64,000 nucleotides of DNA from Octopus vulgaris (lineage: Eukaryota). A model generated the notes under the pieces. The model searched no databases, was not told where the DNA came from, and worked only from the letters and a program-made list of their open reading frames with translations. A program made the translations under genes and the position numbers. Below, in pieces: positions 10,995 to 25,032 of this stretch. The stretch is taken from NCBI GenBank assembly GCA_951406725.2, contig OX597821.1, positions 31,310,001-31,374,000 on the forward strand, in the 5' to 3' direction. Positions within the stretch are counted from its first letter, which is position 1; each line of letters starts with the position of its first letter.

Positions 10995-11930
10995 TTGTTG
11001 TGCAAGATTTTTTACGTGAAGTCGTGTGTTGAAACAGGTATTGTTATATTTCGGAATGGTTATTTTGCCAGGTTAGCCAATAAAAACACACGCATTATAT
11101 ATTTGGTGTTATGTTGCTTCAGTGTTATTTATTTTTTACATTAATCTTAATCTTATTTCGGCCAGAGTTCTTTCGTCACACTCCTGTGACCGTATCAGTG
11201 GTCCTTTGTTTTCTTCTTTGTTATTTGCGTCTCTACTTACTAACCGTCAGCCATGTTGCATTTCTATTGTATGTCTTCATTTGTACATGCTTATATCTCT
11301 ATGTGCGTCTATGTTTATTTTGTGTGGGGGGGGATGCCTGTAATACTTGTATCTTCTGTTTATATACGTTCGTGTAAACTGTTTTTGTTGTTGTTTTTGT
11401 TTATTCTTATTTTGTTCATGTGTTTACATTCACTTATTATTATTATCATTACGTATGCTTGTATGTATGTATGTATAACAACAATATAAGTAATAATAAT
11501 AATAAATCAAAAATATCTTTTAAATTAAACAAACAAAAAAACCTATATAGTTATTTATTTCTATTTGTTTATTGATCTGTGTGTTTTAATATGTTTTCGG
11601 TTTTGTTTATATTGCAGCCAGTTTATGGGGATCCTCTACCGTCATATATTGTGGTGTGTGGCAGTGCTCCATACCGGTTTCCTATTCAGGCTAGGTTTAT
11701 CTTCTATAAAATGGCTAACGGTTAGTACGAAGAGACACAAATAAGAATGAAGAAAACAAAGGACCACTGATGCGGTCACAGGAGTGTGACGAAAGAACTC
11801 TGGCCGAAATAAGATTAAGATTAATGTAAAAAATAAATAACACTGAAGCAAAATAACACCAAATATATAGTTCGTGTCTTTTTATTGGTTAAACTGGCAA
11901 AATGACCATTCCGAAATAGAACAATATTAA
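10995..11930. mobile_element. PLE remnant with ~215-bp inverted terminal repeats and a variant hammerhead motif
   Basis: 11038-11254 is a reverse-complement match of 11711-11926; flanked by (TA)n; FIEDKPSLNRK peptide (minus, ~11680-11712) resembles a PLE endonuclease end. Confidence 0.8.
11764..11803 (+). ncRNA. Minimal hammerhead-like motif with variant core (CUGAUGCG); second copy minus 11162-11201
   Basis: CCA CTGATGCG GTCACA GGAG TGTGAC GAAA GAAC TC TGG. Confidence 0.55.
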
Positions 11931-12138
11931 ATATATATATATATATAGCATTTTTTGTAAACAAAAAATGTTGTAATTAGCGTCACCTTAAATAAGTCGA
12001 AAACAATAAATTGCACAAACAAACGGGAAACAGGTAGAGATTGTCGTCAACTACTAATCAGTTATCGGACATTGTCAAACGCAATTTCGCTCATGTCTGT
12101 TTGCGTGTGTGTTATATAAATGTCATATTTATATGTGA

Positions 12139-12192
<54 letters not shown>

Positions 12193-12503
12193 CCATTTGT
12201 GCATATTTGATACACACACATACATGTATGTCTGTGAGTATATATAGATATATATCAATTAACTTGTGCAATTCTTAGTGCTTATTGTTGTCATATCCTA
12301 TTGTTTCACTGAGCCAACTGTAAGGTTGCTAGAAATCTTTGTTGAAATATTGCTTGCTATTATTAACAATCCTAAACCAATTTGTAAATAGTCAAGAATT
12401 ACGTTACGTAACATTACTTGATCACTAAAATAGGCTGGTTAAGTATACACACATATATACGTACTAATATCCTACATATATACATGCATACATACGCACA
12501 CAC

Positions 12504-12546
<43 letters not shown>

Positions 12547-12696
12547 TGTGTATGTATGTGTGTGTGTAGAGTGTTTGAATTGGCGTACAGATTTTGTACA
12601 TTGTGAAACAGGCGACAGTCGGAATTTTTGATAATTCCTTATTAGCTCTTTCGTTAGTTTATGAACTCGTCAAGACAGAATCAAAATTTTTTCTTA

Positions 12697-12745
<49 letters not shown>

Positions 12746-15700
12746 CATATACTTTGAATTAGAAAATATGACGAAGATTAAATTAGGCTTTGCGTGAAGT
12801 AACATATAACATCGAAATCACAGATATTTTCAATAATGCTGAAACAAATATCACCTCCATATTTGTTCTGCTTGTTATTTTGAAAATGTCTCACTGTATT
12901 TGGTGTTATCTCCTAAAATATTTGCCTCGATTGAGTCAATGAATTTATGCCATACTTTAAGATTAAAGTGGATATTATGCAGAAATGTTGGTGGTAATAG
13001 AAAATAATTTATGTGAAAAATTATTTTCATTAATATATATAATCATTTACCTCAAATCTGCAATATTCAATTAACCAACTTCGTAGCAGTCTCAAAATTT
13101 AACATCGAATACAGCGTAAAAAAATAAACAGGAAATATGTTCCTTTAATTAAGTGGTGAAAGACAATGTTGATGGATTCCAAGTAACGTATCTTATTCGT
13201 ATAATTCAGTGGTTAGATGCACGCCCATGTCTCTGAAATCTACATCAATATCTTGTTAGAATACACTGAATATGTCTCTTCTCTACCCTCGTTAACATCA
13301 TAAACAGAGGATAAGTTTCTCATTGGTGAAGCCAGAGATAAGGCAAAGAAGAACCACTAAAAAGCATATCCGGATTATCTGTTAAAGGAGAAAATAATTA
13401 ATAGCGTTATTCTTTAAATGCTGTCTACAGAAAGTGTTGTTCAACAATTTTATCAAAATTTTAACCTCAAGAGTATTTCAATATCCTGAAGTAATCTCAT
13501 TAAGGAAAACAATTAAAACACAATTAAAATATAAAGCCAATTCCACATAATCCACCTTGCAGCTGTTGATCCTGATAATTATATTGATGACTCACAAAAT
13601 GTTAATTCAGTCTCTTATCACTTATCTTAGATATCTGTGATTGGTAATACCCTAGCATAGTAACTCATAGTCTCAAGTTATAGCACATACATCTAACTCT
13701 CAGCCATTATATCAGGCTCATCTGCAACCTGTGAAAGTTATTTGAAATTAAAATCGTGTGCTAATAAGCGTTCCCGTGTTCACAAATAATACATTTGAAA
13801 ATTTGCCTGAGATAAATATATTTTTTTCTATAATTTATATAAGCATTTACAGTAATTTGGCTAATGCTATTTGATATTTTTGCTCACCACTGAGGTAACA
13901 AACACACACACACACACACACATACATACATACATATTTATATATTGCTGGTATCTCAGATATTTATCGTATATATATATATGTGTGTGTTAAAATTCCA
14001 AATAAAAGTTAATATTTTAATATGATCTATAATTATGCTTTCTGAGATAAACAGTAATTGTGTCATAAAACGTATCATGTGGAATGTCATTTTTAATAGA
14101 AATTAGCATTTGAAAACCCCTTGATAATTCAGATTTATAATTAAGAAGAAATCATAGTATCATAAATTAAGTAATTAGAACACAGAATCTGACGCTGGAT
14201 ATTCTATAGCCAGATAAAGTATTTCGCAACATAGAACTCGATGAACAAACATATCAAGCCTTTAAATCTATCATCTACTTTTCAAATCTATATAGAATGA
14301 ACACCGTAGAAAAAATAATTCTACCACGTAAAACACTCACACACACAAGAAAAATAGAGAGAATATCGCAAGAGTTCAATACTTATTTCAATACTAGAGA
14401 CCAAGGATCATGTACAAACTCTGTCCAACATGATTTTATTTTTGTTTCTCGGGAGTACAATGTACATTTTATTAAACCTATTCAACTTATAGACTAGTTA
14501 TTCACCAAATGCATACCCGACTCGTTTAAAATTTAGACTTAAACTTTTGCATAGTGACACTGCAATGACACCCTCAAAGTATACTTTAATAATACTATTA
14601 ATAATCAACACTCCAAATACATCTAGTTATCAGTATGAAAAGAGGTTCTCATAAAATACTCGCAGTTACAGTGTACTTTCGATTGTTTTCTGTCAGTGAA
14701 GAATTATGCTTATACGGTACCTAAATTAAGATATCAATGAAGAGTACAATCCACATAGCTGAGACGCACAGTAGAGTAAGCTTAAAGTATAGTTTACGTT
14801 ACGTTGATTTCGGATCCGAACGAGTGTGAACACATGATATCATTTGAGCCTCTAGATCATTTTAAATAAGATTATACGTTGTATTTATTCTTTTCCACAT
14901 TCTAAAATTTCTTGATTGTGAAGTAATAAATTAAACAATAAAGGGACCTTATACTTCTATATGAAATGCTTACCTTTGTATATGCAATAGGCGTTGGTTA
15001 TAGATGCAGAAACTGTAGTGCTTTTTTCGACGTTTTGTATTCTAAAACTGCCTGCGTTGATACATAGCGTCATAGCTCGTGAATAAAGGACGCATGGTAA
15101 CGAAAACTGGATATAGAAATTTTCTTCCTTACTTGTGTTCAGAGAGCTCATCCACTATTCATTGACTATGCATTATACAAAATTTGCAAAGAAATATTTT
15201 GGTTTATGGTGTGAATAACTTATTGGCTTTCAAAAACGTGTTTAAAACATTGTACAAAATATGTTAATTCTGACTTTTGTAGAAATAATACGTATACAGC
15301 TAAGCTGATTATAATATTCGAATATTTTACGAGCATTTTTAATGTTTCTAATATTTAAACAAGACGATTTAATTTGATATGAGGATTCGTAATCCAGGTG
15401 ATTTTCGTATTAGAAAACATGAACTCAATTTAAATACAATGGCACAACAGCCTGACGAAGTCGGAATACATCAAGTATTAAACAGAAATAGACTAAGTGC
15501 ACGCAACGTATTTTTTCTTACACGTCGACAGATGCAGCATATATAGTCCAAGATATGCAGATAACTTAACGTACTAGATTTCATCAGATATTTCGATAAA
15601 ACACATAGAAAGTGGGATTTTAAATTCTGGTGACGATTATTAACAAATATACCTTTATCCCCACTTAAAGATTTAAAGATATTTTTGCATGGATTAGAAA

Positions 15701-16883
15701 TAGAATTTCTTCTTAAATTTTATCATAATCTTTTATGTCTTTATAATGAGTCATAATTTACTTCACATTGTGAACATTTTTTCTTTTTAAGTTTATTTTT
15801 CTTTACAATAGAATTCTGATAATTTAGAAAAATTGGAGGATATTCCAGATTTGTGTCACCCATGTTGTTGACATATTATCTCGGTTTTTTTAATATTTTT
15901 TAATAATTTTCGTTGAGATGTTTTTAATATTATAAATAGTTTTAAAATTCACTTCATGCTGGCATCTATTTATTGTATAGGTATCATATGAAAAATAATG
16001 TTATATATGCCGTAGTTTATGAATGTCTAAACAGAAACATACGATAACTTATTGAATTTACTCATACGACTTTTTTATTGTTTAACATTCTGTTCATCAG
16101 ATGTCTTGCCTTCTTTTATCCTATATTCTATAAATGAGGCAATAATGACAAAGCAATACAAGAGATAGAAAAAAAACAGTACAGTTCACAGGATCATTTA
16201 CCTGAGCATTTTCTGAAGCATACTAAACCTGAAATATTCAAATATTAGGAAAACGTATTAAGCATCGACCTATAATATGTGTTATCACTTGGATTATTTT
16301 GGCCTTACAAAAGAAAAGAAACAATTAAAACCATTTATAAATCAGACAATACTACACAAAAACTATACTGAGGGTATATATAGCTTCATAAAATGGTATA
16401 TATGGAGGTCTGTGTCTTTCTGAGTCTGTCTACGTGTGCATATGTCCTTGCCTGCGTGTCTTAAATACTTTCTTTTCGTCGCTAAAATAGTCTAAACTGT
16501 ATTTCCTTTATTCCTTTCTGTGTATAATATTGATATTTACTTCATTAGATAATAGTGTGTACTTGCATTAAGTTTTCCATGGTGTTACACAACAAAATCA
16601 AGATTTCGTATAGAATTTTCTTTTCTATACTGATACAGATTTTCCCATATTATTCTAATGTTTCTATGGTATATACTGCATTGGAACATGGTAGCTTTCA
16701 CATATTGCTGAAATGCCGTCTGTTTTGTATACTGGGGCTAGTGCAGTTCCTGTCGTTGTTCACGAAATATTTCCTGTATGTTTCTGTATGTTCTTCAGCC
16801 AGTATTTTATTATGCCTTTACCGTATTAATGAGGTGGTTTATATGTACATTACAGCAGATGGTTTAATATTTAACAGATATTA

Positions 16884-17076
16884 AGGCGGCGAGTTGGCAG
16901 AAACATTTGCCCACCGGGCGAAATGATTAGTGGGATTTTGTCTGTCTTTACATTCTGAGATCAAATTTCACCAATGCTACTTTGCCTTTCATTCCTTCGG
17001 GGTCACTAAAATACGTACCACTTGCGTACTGGGGTATTCCTTCAAAATGTGCGGCCTTGTGCCCTGAACAGAAAAT
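16884..17076 (+). mobile_element. SINE family B with target-site duplication
   Basis: GGCGGCGAGTTGGCAGAAAC head; TTTGCCTTTCATTCCTTCGGGGTC; AATATTTAACAG on both flanks. Confidence 0.85.
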
Positions 17077-17944
17077 AATATTTAACAGCTATTGCTTACT
17101 TGGAAATTGGAATTCAATATAAATAGATCTAGATTAACTCTTACAAAAACTTTTAATCTTTTCGGAAAATGTGTTGTATCAGAAGTATAAAAACAAAACC
17201 CAGTCTGTCGGGGGCTTCAAATATTAGCCAGATACATATTTAAAAATAGATTTATGAAAAAATATTAATTCATATACATACATCGTATCTTAATATAAAC
17301 ATTGATGACAACCTATAGTAAGAGATATATTTCCCTTAAAATTAATTACATTCGCAGTCGGTAGAAGTTTATTAGGAAAGAAGATTATAAGAATATTCTA
17401 TTTGTTCTAGATTTCAATGCATTCATCAGGCATATTATCTTCTTTCGTAGATAGCAACCTGTATTTATAAAACTCAAAATCTCTCAGTGTATTCTCTCTC
17501 AATTCGATGGCTTCTTTAATTTTTAATTCCTTTTCATTTTGAGATTTAATTATGTTTTAGAACTATATATAATTACATTTTGAATTGATTATTTGTTTAT
17601 ATATGATTTTATATTGTGTATTAAAGAACTGATAAAGATAATGCAGTGATTTATTTTTACATCTTGGTACAAAACAGATACTTTCGTATGTAACAGAAAA
17701 TTCGCTGTCGGCCTTCTTTTCAAATTGTCTTATTACCAATTCCCCTACAATATTCAAATATTTTTTCATTTCATTATGATTAGATCTCCGACAGTTTTGG
17801 TCAAATCAGACTTTTCGCTAATATATCCATTTCAAGGGCTATTTAAAGTTTTTTTTCATAAGCTTATAACTACATTTATTTTCGATTTTGTTTCCCTTTT
17901 GTGGTGGATCGATTAGAATCAAGTGACATCTCCGATCCTTAGGA

Positions 17945-18245
17945 GGGGTCACCACCGCATCAGTGGTTCTTTGCTTTCTTATTTCTAATTTGTATGTCTC
18001 TCCTTACTAAGGGTCAGCTATTTTGTGTTTTGTATTTCTATTGTATGTGTCTTCATTTGCGCATGCGTATACCTCTACGTGTGTCTATGTTAGTTAGGAG
18101 TGTGAAGAAAGAACTCTGGCCGAAATAAGATTAAGATTAATGTAAAAAATAAACAACTCTGAAGCAAAGTAACAAACCATTCCTAAATACAACAATATAT
18201 GTTTCAACACATGATTTCACATCAAAAATCTTGCAAAACAAATAT
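17945..18245. mobile_element. Second, rearranged copy of the 11-kb PLE-derived family
   Basis: CCGCATCAGTGGTTCTTTG.. in one orientation, then GAAAGAACTCTGGCCGAAATAAGATTAAGATTAATG in the other; ends in (TA)n. Confidence 0.8.
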
Positions 18246-18424
18246 ATATATATATATATATATGTTTAGTGAAGGGAAGAAATGGAGCTTCACTAAATAT
18301 ATTGAACTTCAATTATCCGCGCTAAGGTCGTAACTTCAACCGTGTCTTTTCTGTTGTGATTTTTGCTACCCGGGATCGGTTAAATTTTGAATAATCTTTA
18401 ACAAGATAATTCATTTATCCATTT

Positions 18425-18508
<84 letters not shown>

Positions 18509-18605
18509 ATAGAAATATAAAAATTACTAAGTCTCTCTAAAAGAGATTACGGCAGCGTTACTGGAAATTAATTGTTATCGCCATATTAATATGGCAGTCT
18601 TATAC

Positions 18606-18653
<48 letters not shown>

Positions 18654-18689
18654 TTAACCTATATTTATGTATTTATTCTTTTATTCATT

Positions 18690-18875
18690 TACTGGTTTCG
18701 GTCATATACCTGAGGCTATGCTGGAGTACCATCTTTAGTCCAATGAATCGAGCCCATGACATATTCTTTATGAGCCTAGTACTTATTCTATCGGTTCTTT
18801 TTTTTTACCTAACCACTTAGTCACGCGGGGGTACACACAGCACCGTCGTTGTGACGAACAGACACACACAGATAC
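18690..18875 (-). mobile_element. SINE family A, 3' fragment
   Basis: GCTATGCTGGAGTACCA...AGTACTTATTCTATCGGT. Confidence 0.7.
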
Positions 18876-18919
18876 ATATAAATATATGCAAATATTAAAA
18901 TATATAAGTATGTATATAT

Positions 18920-18956
<37 letters not shown>

Positions 18957-18971
18957 AATGTATATATATAA

Positions 18972-19024
<53 letters not shown>

Positions 19025-19549
19025 CGCGCGCACACACATAAATATGTATTTATAGTTACACATTTGTGTGTATAGACGTATGAGTTTGCATGTCACTCTG
19101 TAGTTATACCTGCGTACGTGTGTGTATGTACCCGTTTCCTTAAAAAATATTTTGATGTCAGACATATCTCAAATATAATTGTAAAATCAATTCTGAATCT
19201 TTGTCATTAAAAAAGGAATTATAATGTGTAAGTATAATTTTTTAGTATTTCTTGCAAACTGATATTATACGCAGCTGGAAGTCATTATGCACTTTCTCTG
19301 TCATAAGTATAAACCATTGTTTCAAAACTTTTAATTAAAATCACTTACAATCATTTAATGTACAAAGCAACCAGTTAGTAAACGTGTGCGTGGGTAGCTC
19401 TCGATGACAAATTAACGGGTAAATATACATATATGTGTATGCGTGTATACATATATTTCTGTACGCGTCAGTGCGTATTTATGCATATAGAGGAGGAAAT
19501 AGTTATAGATAGAAGACAAATGAATAAATATATAACATAAATATATATA

Positions 19550-19775
19550 CTGTTGTGTCTGGGGAGAGTCATTCTTATTAGTGCCTTATGATTTAAGACA
19601 CTCACCGGTAAAATTACCGCTTAGTTCTTATTTCTATTTCCTGAAATTTTCGTTGCGTCTTGCAACCTTTTCAATAGTCTTGACTCTAAAAGAGAATGAC
19701 TCTCCCCATACACAACAGAATATGCGTCAACACACGAACTCATATTAAGGATCTTGCAAACCAAATACAAAAAGG

Positions 19776-19778
<3 letters not shown>
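19550..19778. mobile_element. Short inverted-repeat element in (TA)n with decayed hammerhead-like motif
   Basis: IR 19550-19575 / 19693-19718; minus strand TTGAAAAG GTTGC AAGAC GCAAC GAAA ATTTCA. Confidence 0.55.
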
Positions 19779-19869
<91 letters not shown>

Positions 19870-20208
19870 TGCAAGTTTTCATACTATATTTCCTGGTTAA
19901 AAAGAATCTTATGGTTCTGATTAGCTCGAATAAGAATTTGTGAAAACATCTGCAAATTTTCTCTTTAACAACATACGAAACTGCTCAGAAACTTTCTATT
20001 TGACGCATTCTAGCGATTTGGTGCGTTTAAGTCTTCACAGTTTACTGCACAATTAGCAATGCATTCTTGATGCTGTAATGCTGGAATTTTCAACCGAATA
20101 TACGTACAGAATCTGTTTCGTCTAGCCAAAATTTATGTATTTAAACTAGCAGAAACGTATTCTCTCAGTAGAAAATAGTCGTTGTCTTACACACACACAC
20201 ACACACAG

Positions 20209-20241
<33 letters not shown>

Positions 20242-20349
20242 TTATGATATGAGCATACAAATTATAATGAATGAGATTGATTTTGTAAAGGAAATTTTCC
20301 TTTCCATAATTATACAAAAGCATATAGCATGTCGCTAGCACGTCGGGCA

Positions 20350-21075
20350 GAATATCTAGTTTCATGCCGTCCATTTTTACGTTTCTGATCGCGATGAAGT
20401 CGTTGAAGGCATGTTTGATATCGTCTTGGTTTGTGAAGCATTTCTCACGCAGGAAGATGTCAAGACGCTTGAAAAAGAGGTAGACGGTAACCGAGAGTTC
20501 TGGTGAGTAATGCGGATGAGGCAGAGTTTCGTAGCGCAATTCGTTCAACTTCTGCAGGGTCAGTTGTGCGACGTGCGGCCGAGCGTTGTTCTGGAGAATT
20601 GGTATTTTCCTATTGACTAATGCTGTTGTTGTCGGAATCTTTATGCATTTCATACATTTGCTGACAGTAATTCGCCGCCGTAATGGTTTCGCCTGGTTCC
20701 AAATAGCTGGATGAGACCGGCTACAGACTACCAAACAGTCAGCATGTCCTTCTCTTGGTGCAACTTTGGATTCAGGAACTGCCGTGGGGCTTCGTCGGCA
20801 TCCAACCGCTGAGCTTAGCTTCGCCGGCTGTCGCAAAGAATTCACTTTTCATTGCAAGTCACAATCCGGTCGAGAGGCGGCTCGTTCTTTTTGCGTAAAA
20901 GAAGGGAAGACAACACTTCAAAACAGCGTTAATTTTAGTTGTCGTTCAATTCGTGCGGCACCCATTTCTCAAATACTTTTGTTTTTCCAATCTCTTTCAA
21001 GTGGTTAGAAAGTGGCGTAAACGCTACGTCTAATTGAGAAGCTAATTTTCGAAAAGTTGTGCGCGGATTAGCTTC
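20350..21075 (-). pseudogene. Mariner (DD34D) transposase remnant
   Basis: PILQNNARPHVAQLTLQKLNELRYETLPHPHYSPELSVTVYLFF matches HDNARPH...HPPYSPDL.P.D; frameshifted. Confidence 0.92.
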
Positions 21076-21099
21076 GATTAAGTCATGAAAGTAAAGAGA

Positions 21100-21830
21100 G
21101 CCTTAAAGAATTTCAAGCACTTATAAATGTACTTGACGTAAACATTCAATTCACAATGGAATATGGCCATAAGAAAAACTCCCTTTCCTTGCTTTGTTCA
21201 ATTCGAAATCTAACAACGAAATAGAAACAGATATATACTAAACGCCCACAGACACCAACCAATACTATTCAACTCCTGCCACTCCAAACACAGCAAAATG
21301 AATATCACTTTCAAACTAGCAAAAAGGATCTATACTATAGTTTCTGATACAAGTACCGGGGATACACGACTAAATTAACTGTAGGAAACACTTATCACCA
21401 GGAACTACTCAAAATCACTAATCTATATATGCTTTCAGCGTGGCCTATAACTCAACATCCACGAACTCAGGCATCCTAAATTCAAGACGAATTTATTACC
21501 AAAAGCCCAACCATACATCTCCACACACAACCCTCTTAACAAAGAAGTCTTCAACACCATCCTTCAAAACATCCCACTACTAAAATGGGGCCACATAATG
21601 AATTTAATCCTACAAACGTACACCATCATAAAGAGTGAAAGATAGCCCAAATCTATGAAAAGTCTCCTAACACAAGCCCGAATGCACTCAACAACCCTGA
21701 AGCCATTAGTAAAAAAGGACGAAAGACCTAACTGTAGTATGTGTTAACCTAACTGAGGCGATTTGGGTCCTCTTTCAAACAGGGTCAGCATTTTACATTA
21801 TGCGAACATATAGACAAATCTGGTTGTAAG
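21100..21830 (+). pseudogene. Degenerate Penelope-like RT thumb/linker remnant
   Basis: Across frameshifts reads NIQFTMEY, IETDIY*TPTDT.QY, FNSCHSKH, F.LAKRIYTIVSD, then PNCSMC. Confidence 0.8.
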
Positions 21831-21977
21831 TGACCATGGTGTATTTATATGTTTCTGTCTGAGACAGGAAACACATGAGTTTCACTTTTACGAAAATGTG
21901 TGATTGAGGGTGTGAGGGTGGCGGGGCTATTTTAGGTATGTGTGTGTATGAACACATGAACTTTGAAATGTATATGA

Positions 21978-22020
<43 letters not shown>

Positions 22021-22617
22021 TATATATATATATGTGAATATGTGAACAAAAACATGTATGTATATAGAATATATATGTGTATATATATATGGGTGTATAT
22101 TCATGCATACATGCACACATATATGTTTGTACGTATATATGTATATACAATTATGTCTTCTATTCGTACGAAATTTACTCAGTGACTTTTATATTTCAAA
22201 ATGTCAAGACATTCTTGATACACTTGTTACGGTAATATATTTGACGTCGACATGGCCCCATGTTGATTGGATTGTACATGACGGATATAAAAAACAACTT
22301 GGTTTCGAATCGTAAACAACAAGGTCAAGAGACGGACGTTATTTCACGAAGTCTTTTAAACTTAGCTTTTTCCTATACGTTTATTTCTGACATTTTACAC
22401 TACAAATATGCCGTTATGTTATATGATTTATATAATTGTTTACATTTATTATATCACGTACATAAATCGTCGCAGACACTCACGCACATCCATGCCACAC
22501 ACACATGTAAACATTCTAGACACACACACACACATATTTATATATATGCATACATGGACATATATATATATGTGTGTGTGTGTGTGCGTTTCCGTGTGTA
22601 TGCATGTATGCTATATC

Positions 22618-22674
<57 letters not shown>

Positions 22675-22764
22675 GTGTGTACAGATCTATGTATGTGTAT
22701 GTACATAGATGTATATGTAGATGTATATGTATAGATGCATATATGTTTGCATTTATATGCATAT

Positions 22765-22801
<37 letters not shown>

Positions 22802-22847
22802 CATATCTATATACATTTATATATACATATAGATGTATGCATACATG

Positions 22848-22879
<32 letters not shown>

Positions 22880-23118
22880 AGTGTGTGTGTATGTAAAATA
22901 TAGGGTAGTTAGTTTTTATCTAGACATTTTACTACCTGTGGCCTAGCATGTATGAAAATCAATAGACAACATATTCTCAATATAAAATAGTGTACACAAG
23001 AGAAAACTGCCTTCAGGAGGCAGTATGTACCCTGGAAGAAGTAGTCAAAACGACCAAAACCAAATTTAAGAGCAATCAGATTTAATTTTAATCAGATCAG
23101 GCCTAGATTTGAAAATTA

Positions 23119-23282
23119 TTTTAGCAAATAAAATAATTTGCTAGGCGAAATTTCTCAATCGTGACCGCGCCATAATACTAACACGATGAGAGACAAGTGT
23201 TATTCGTCTCTGAATTGTGTTAGTGTTATGGCGCGGTCGCGAATGAGAAATTTCGCCTACCAAAATATTTTATTTGCTAAAA
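23119..23282. repeat. Long near-perfect palindrome (~75-bp arms), foldback/MITE-like
   Basis: TTTTAGCAAATAAAATA...GGCGAAATTTCTCA.TCGTGACCGCGCCATAATACTAACAC paired with its reverse complement; ~11-nt loop. Confidence 0.9.
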
Positions 23283-24727
23283 ACAGGACAGACAAGGAGA
23301 TTAAGTCGATTACATCGAACCCAGTGTGAAACTGGTACAAATCTACCACGCAAGCGCAGCTACAATCGGCGGCAAATAAAAGTTACGTGCCAGCGTACTT
23401 CAACTTTACGAAAAATTTTACTATCAAAATATTTATGGTAGAAAATTTGGAGAAATATTCTACCAGTAGTCAGAATGCGTAATAGAGTCCACAGACAACA
23501 TATTTTTCATATAAATTAGAGTACATTTCAATACTCAAAGGAGGTGACCATAACAGGACACCTTACATACTGAAAAGGGCTGTTAAAACACGAACCATAT
23601 ATATATATATATATCATAATAATAATAATAATATATATAATAATAATAATAATATTTAGGTGTTATACTACATGAAACGTACGCAGTCTTTTTAATTATT
23701 TTAATTATTATATATCGTTCATTTTTGTACTGTTTGTGATCTAGTTATTTGTTTAAAAATATATTTTATTTTTTATTTATGATTTGATTTATGTCTATCA
23801 TTGTTTGAATTACATAATAGTGTTTTTCTCTAATTTATATATATATATATATATATATATTACATATGTGTGTGTGTTTGTGTATGTGTGTGTATGTATG
23901 TATGTATATGCACGCATGCACTCATATACATGAGTGTACATATATATTTACTTGTGTTTAGTGTATTTTGGTGCGTATTTCTGCATTCATATAAGCAAAT
24001 CCGATGTACATCATAACACTTATAAGTAAAGTACTGTGGAAGACGTAACTATCTGCTATTTTTTCAAAATATCTATGAAAGTTTTCTTCCCTCCAGGGAA
24101 AACATGTCAAGAATTTAACGGAAGGAATCATGATTTCAATTTATTTCATATTATCACAACTTTTGCTATGCACAATTACAGTCACATCTCTCATAGTTTC
24201 CTACATTTTGTCTGCAATAATTGGAATATAAGACTAACTTTTAGTTTTGACAGGAATTACGTGTTACAGATACACTACATTATATGGTAATACATTTACA
24301 TTTAATGTAAATATATGCGTGTTTGTATGTGTGTGTTTGTGTGTGTATGTGAGAGACATGGCGTCTGTTTGCGTTTGTGTGTATGTCTCTATACCTGTAT
24401 GCATGCATGTGTGTGCGTGGGTGTGTGTGAAGTTCCATATCTTTGTGTTTGTAGGTCATTTACATTGTCCCAATGAGTAGCAAAAATGCAGAAAATTGAA
24501 GTATTTAGAATCGGAGGTTATATTTGCGCTTTATTATGATTAGTAGTAGGTATATAGTAGCTAGGTTCAGATCTCTATTCATAGTTAGCATAAAATAACA
24601 AAGCAAAAGTCAATCTAATGTTTTCGTACAGACGGGTGACTGTGAGTCTTGTTATACCTACTAGTGTGTATAGTCTCATTAATATAGCATTTGATATATG
24701 CTTGAGTTGAGTATCTATATAGTAGTT

Positions 24728-25032
24728 GTGGAGGCACATGGCCTAGTGGTTAGAGCAGCGGACTCGCGGTCGAGGGATTGCAGGTTCGAATCTCAGACCG
24801 GACGATGTGTGTATTTATGAGCGAAACACCTAAGCTCCACGCGGCTCCGGCAGAGGGTAATGGCAAAACTTCTGACTCTTTCGCCACAACTTTCTCTCTC
24901 TCTTTCCTCCTGCATCTCGCAGCTCACCTGCGATAGACCGGCGTCCCATATACGTGGGGAACCTACATGCCAAGAAACCGAGAAACCGGTCCCTATGAGC
25001 CAGGCATGGCTCGAGAAGGAAGAAAAAAAACA
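24728..25032 (+). mobile_element. tRNA-derived SINE family C (V-domain-like)
   Basis: A box TGGCCTAGTGG, B box GGTTCGAATCT, CCTGCGATAGACCGGCGTCCC V-like core, A-rich tail; second copy at 50228-50541. Confidence 0.88.

Noticed and set aside
14974-15165. Possible minus-strand exon with AAG/GTAAGC donor
   Set aside because: No supportable product; needs transcript data
24728-24800. tRNA-like sequences here and at 50470-50541, 59601-59660 and 40950-41023
   Set aside because: A and B boxes are present but there is no complete cloverleaf, and each continues into a SINE body; not tRNA genes
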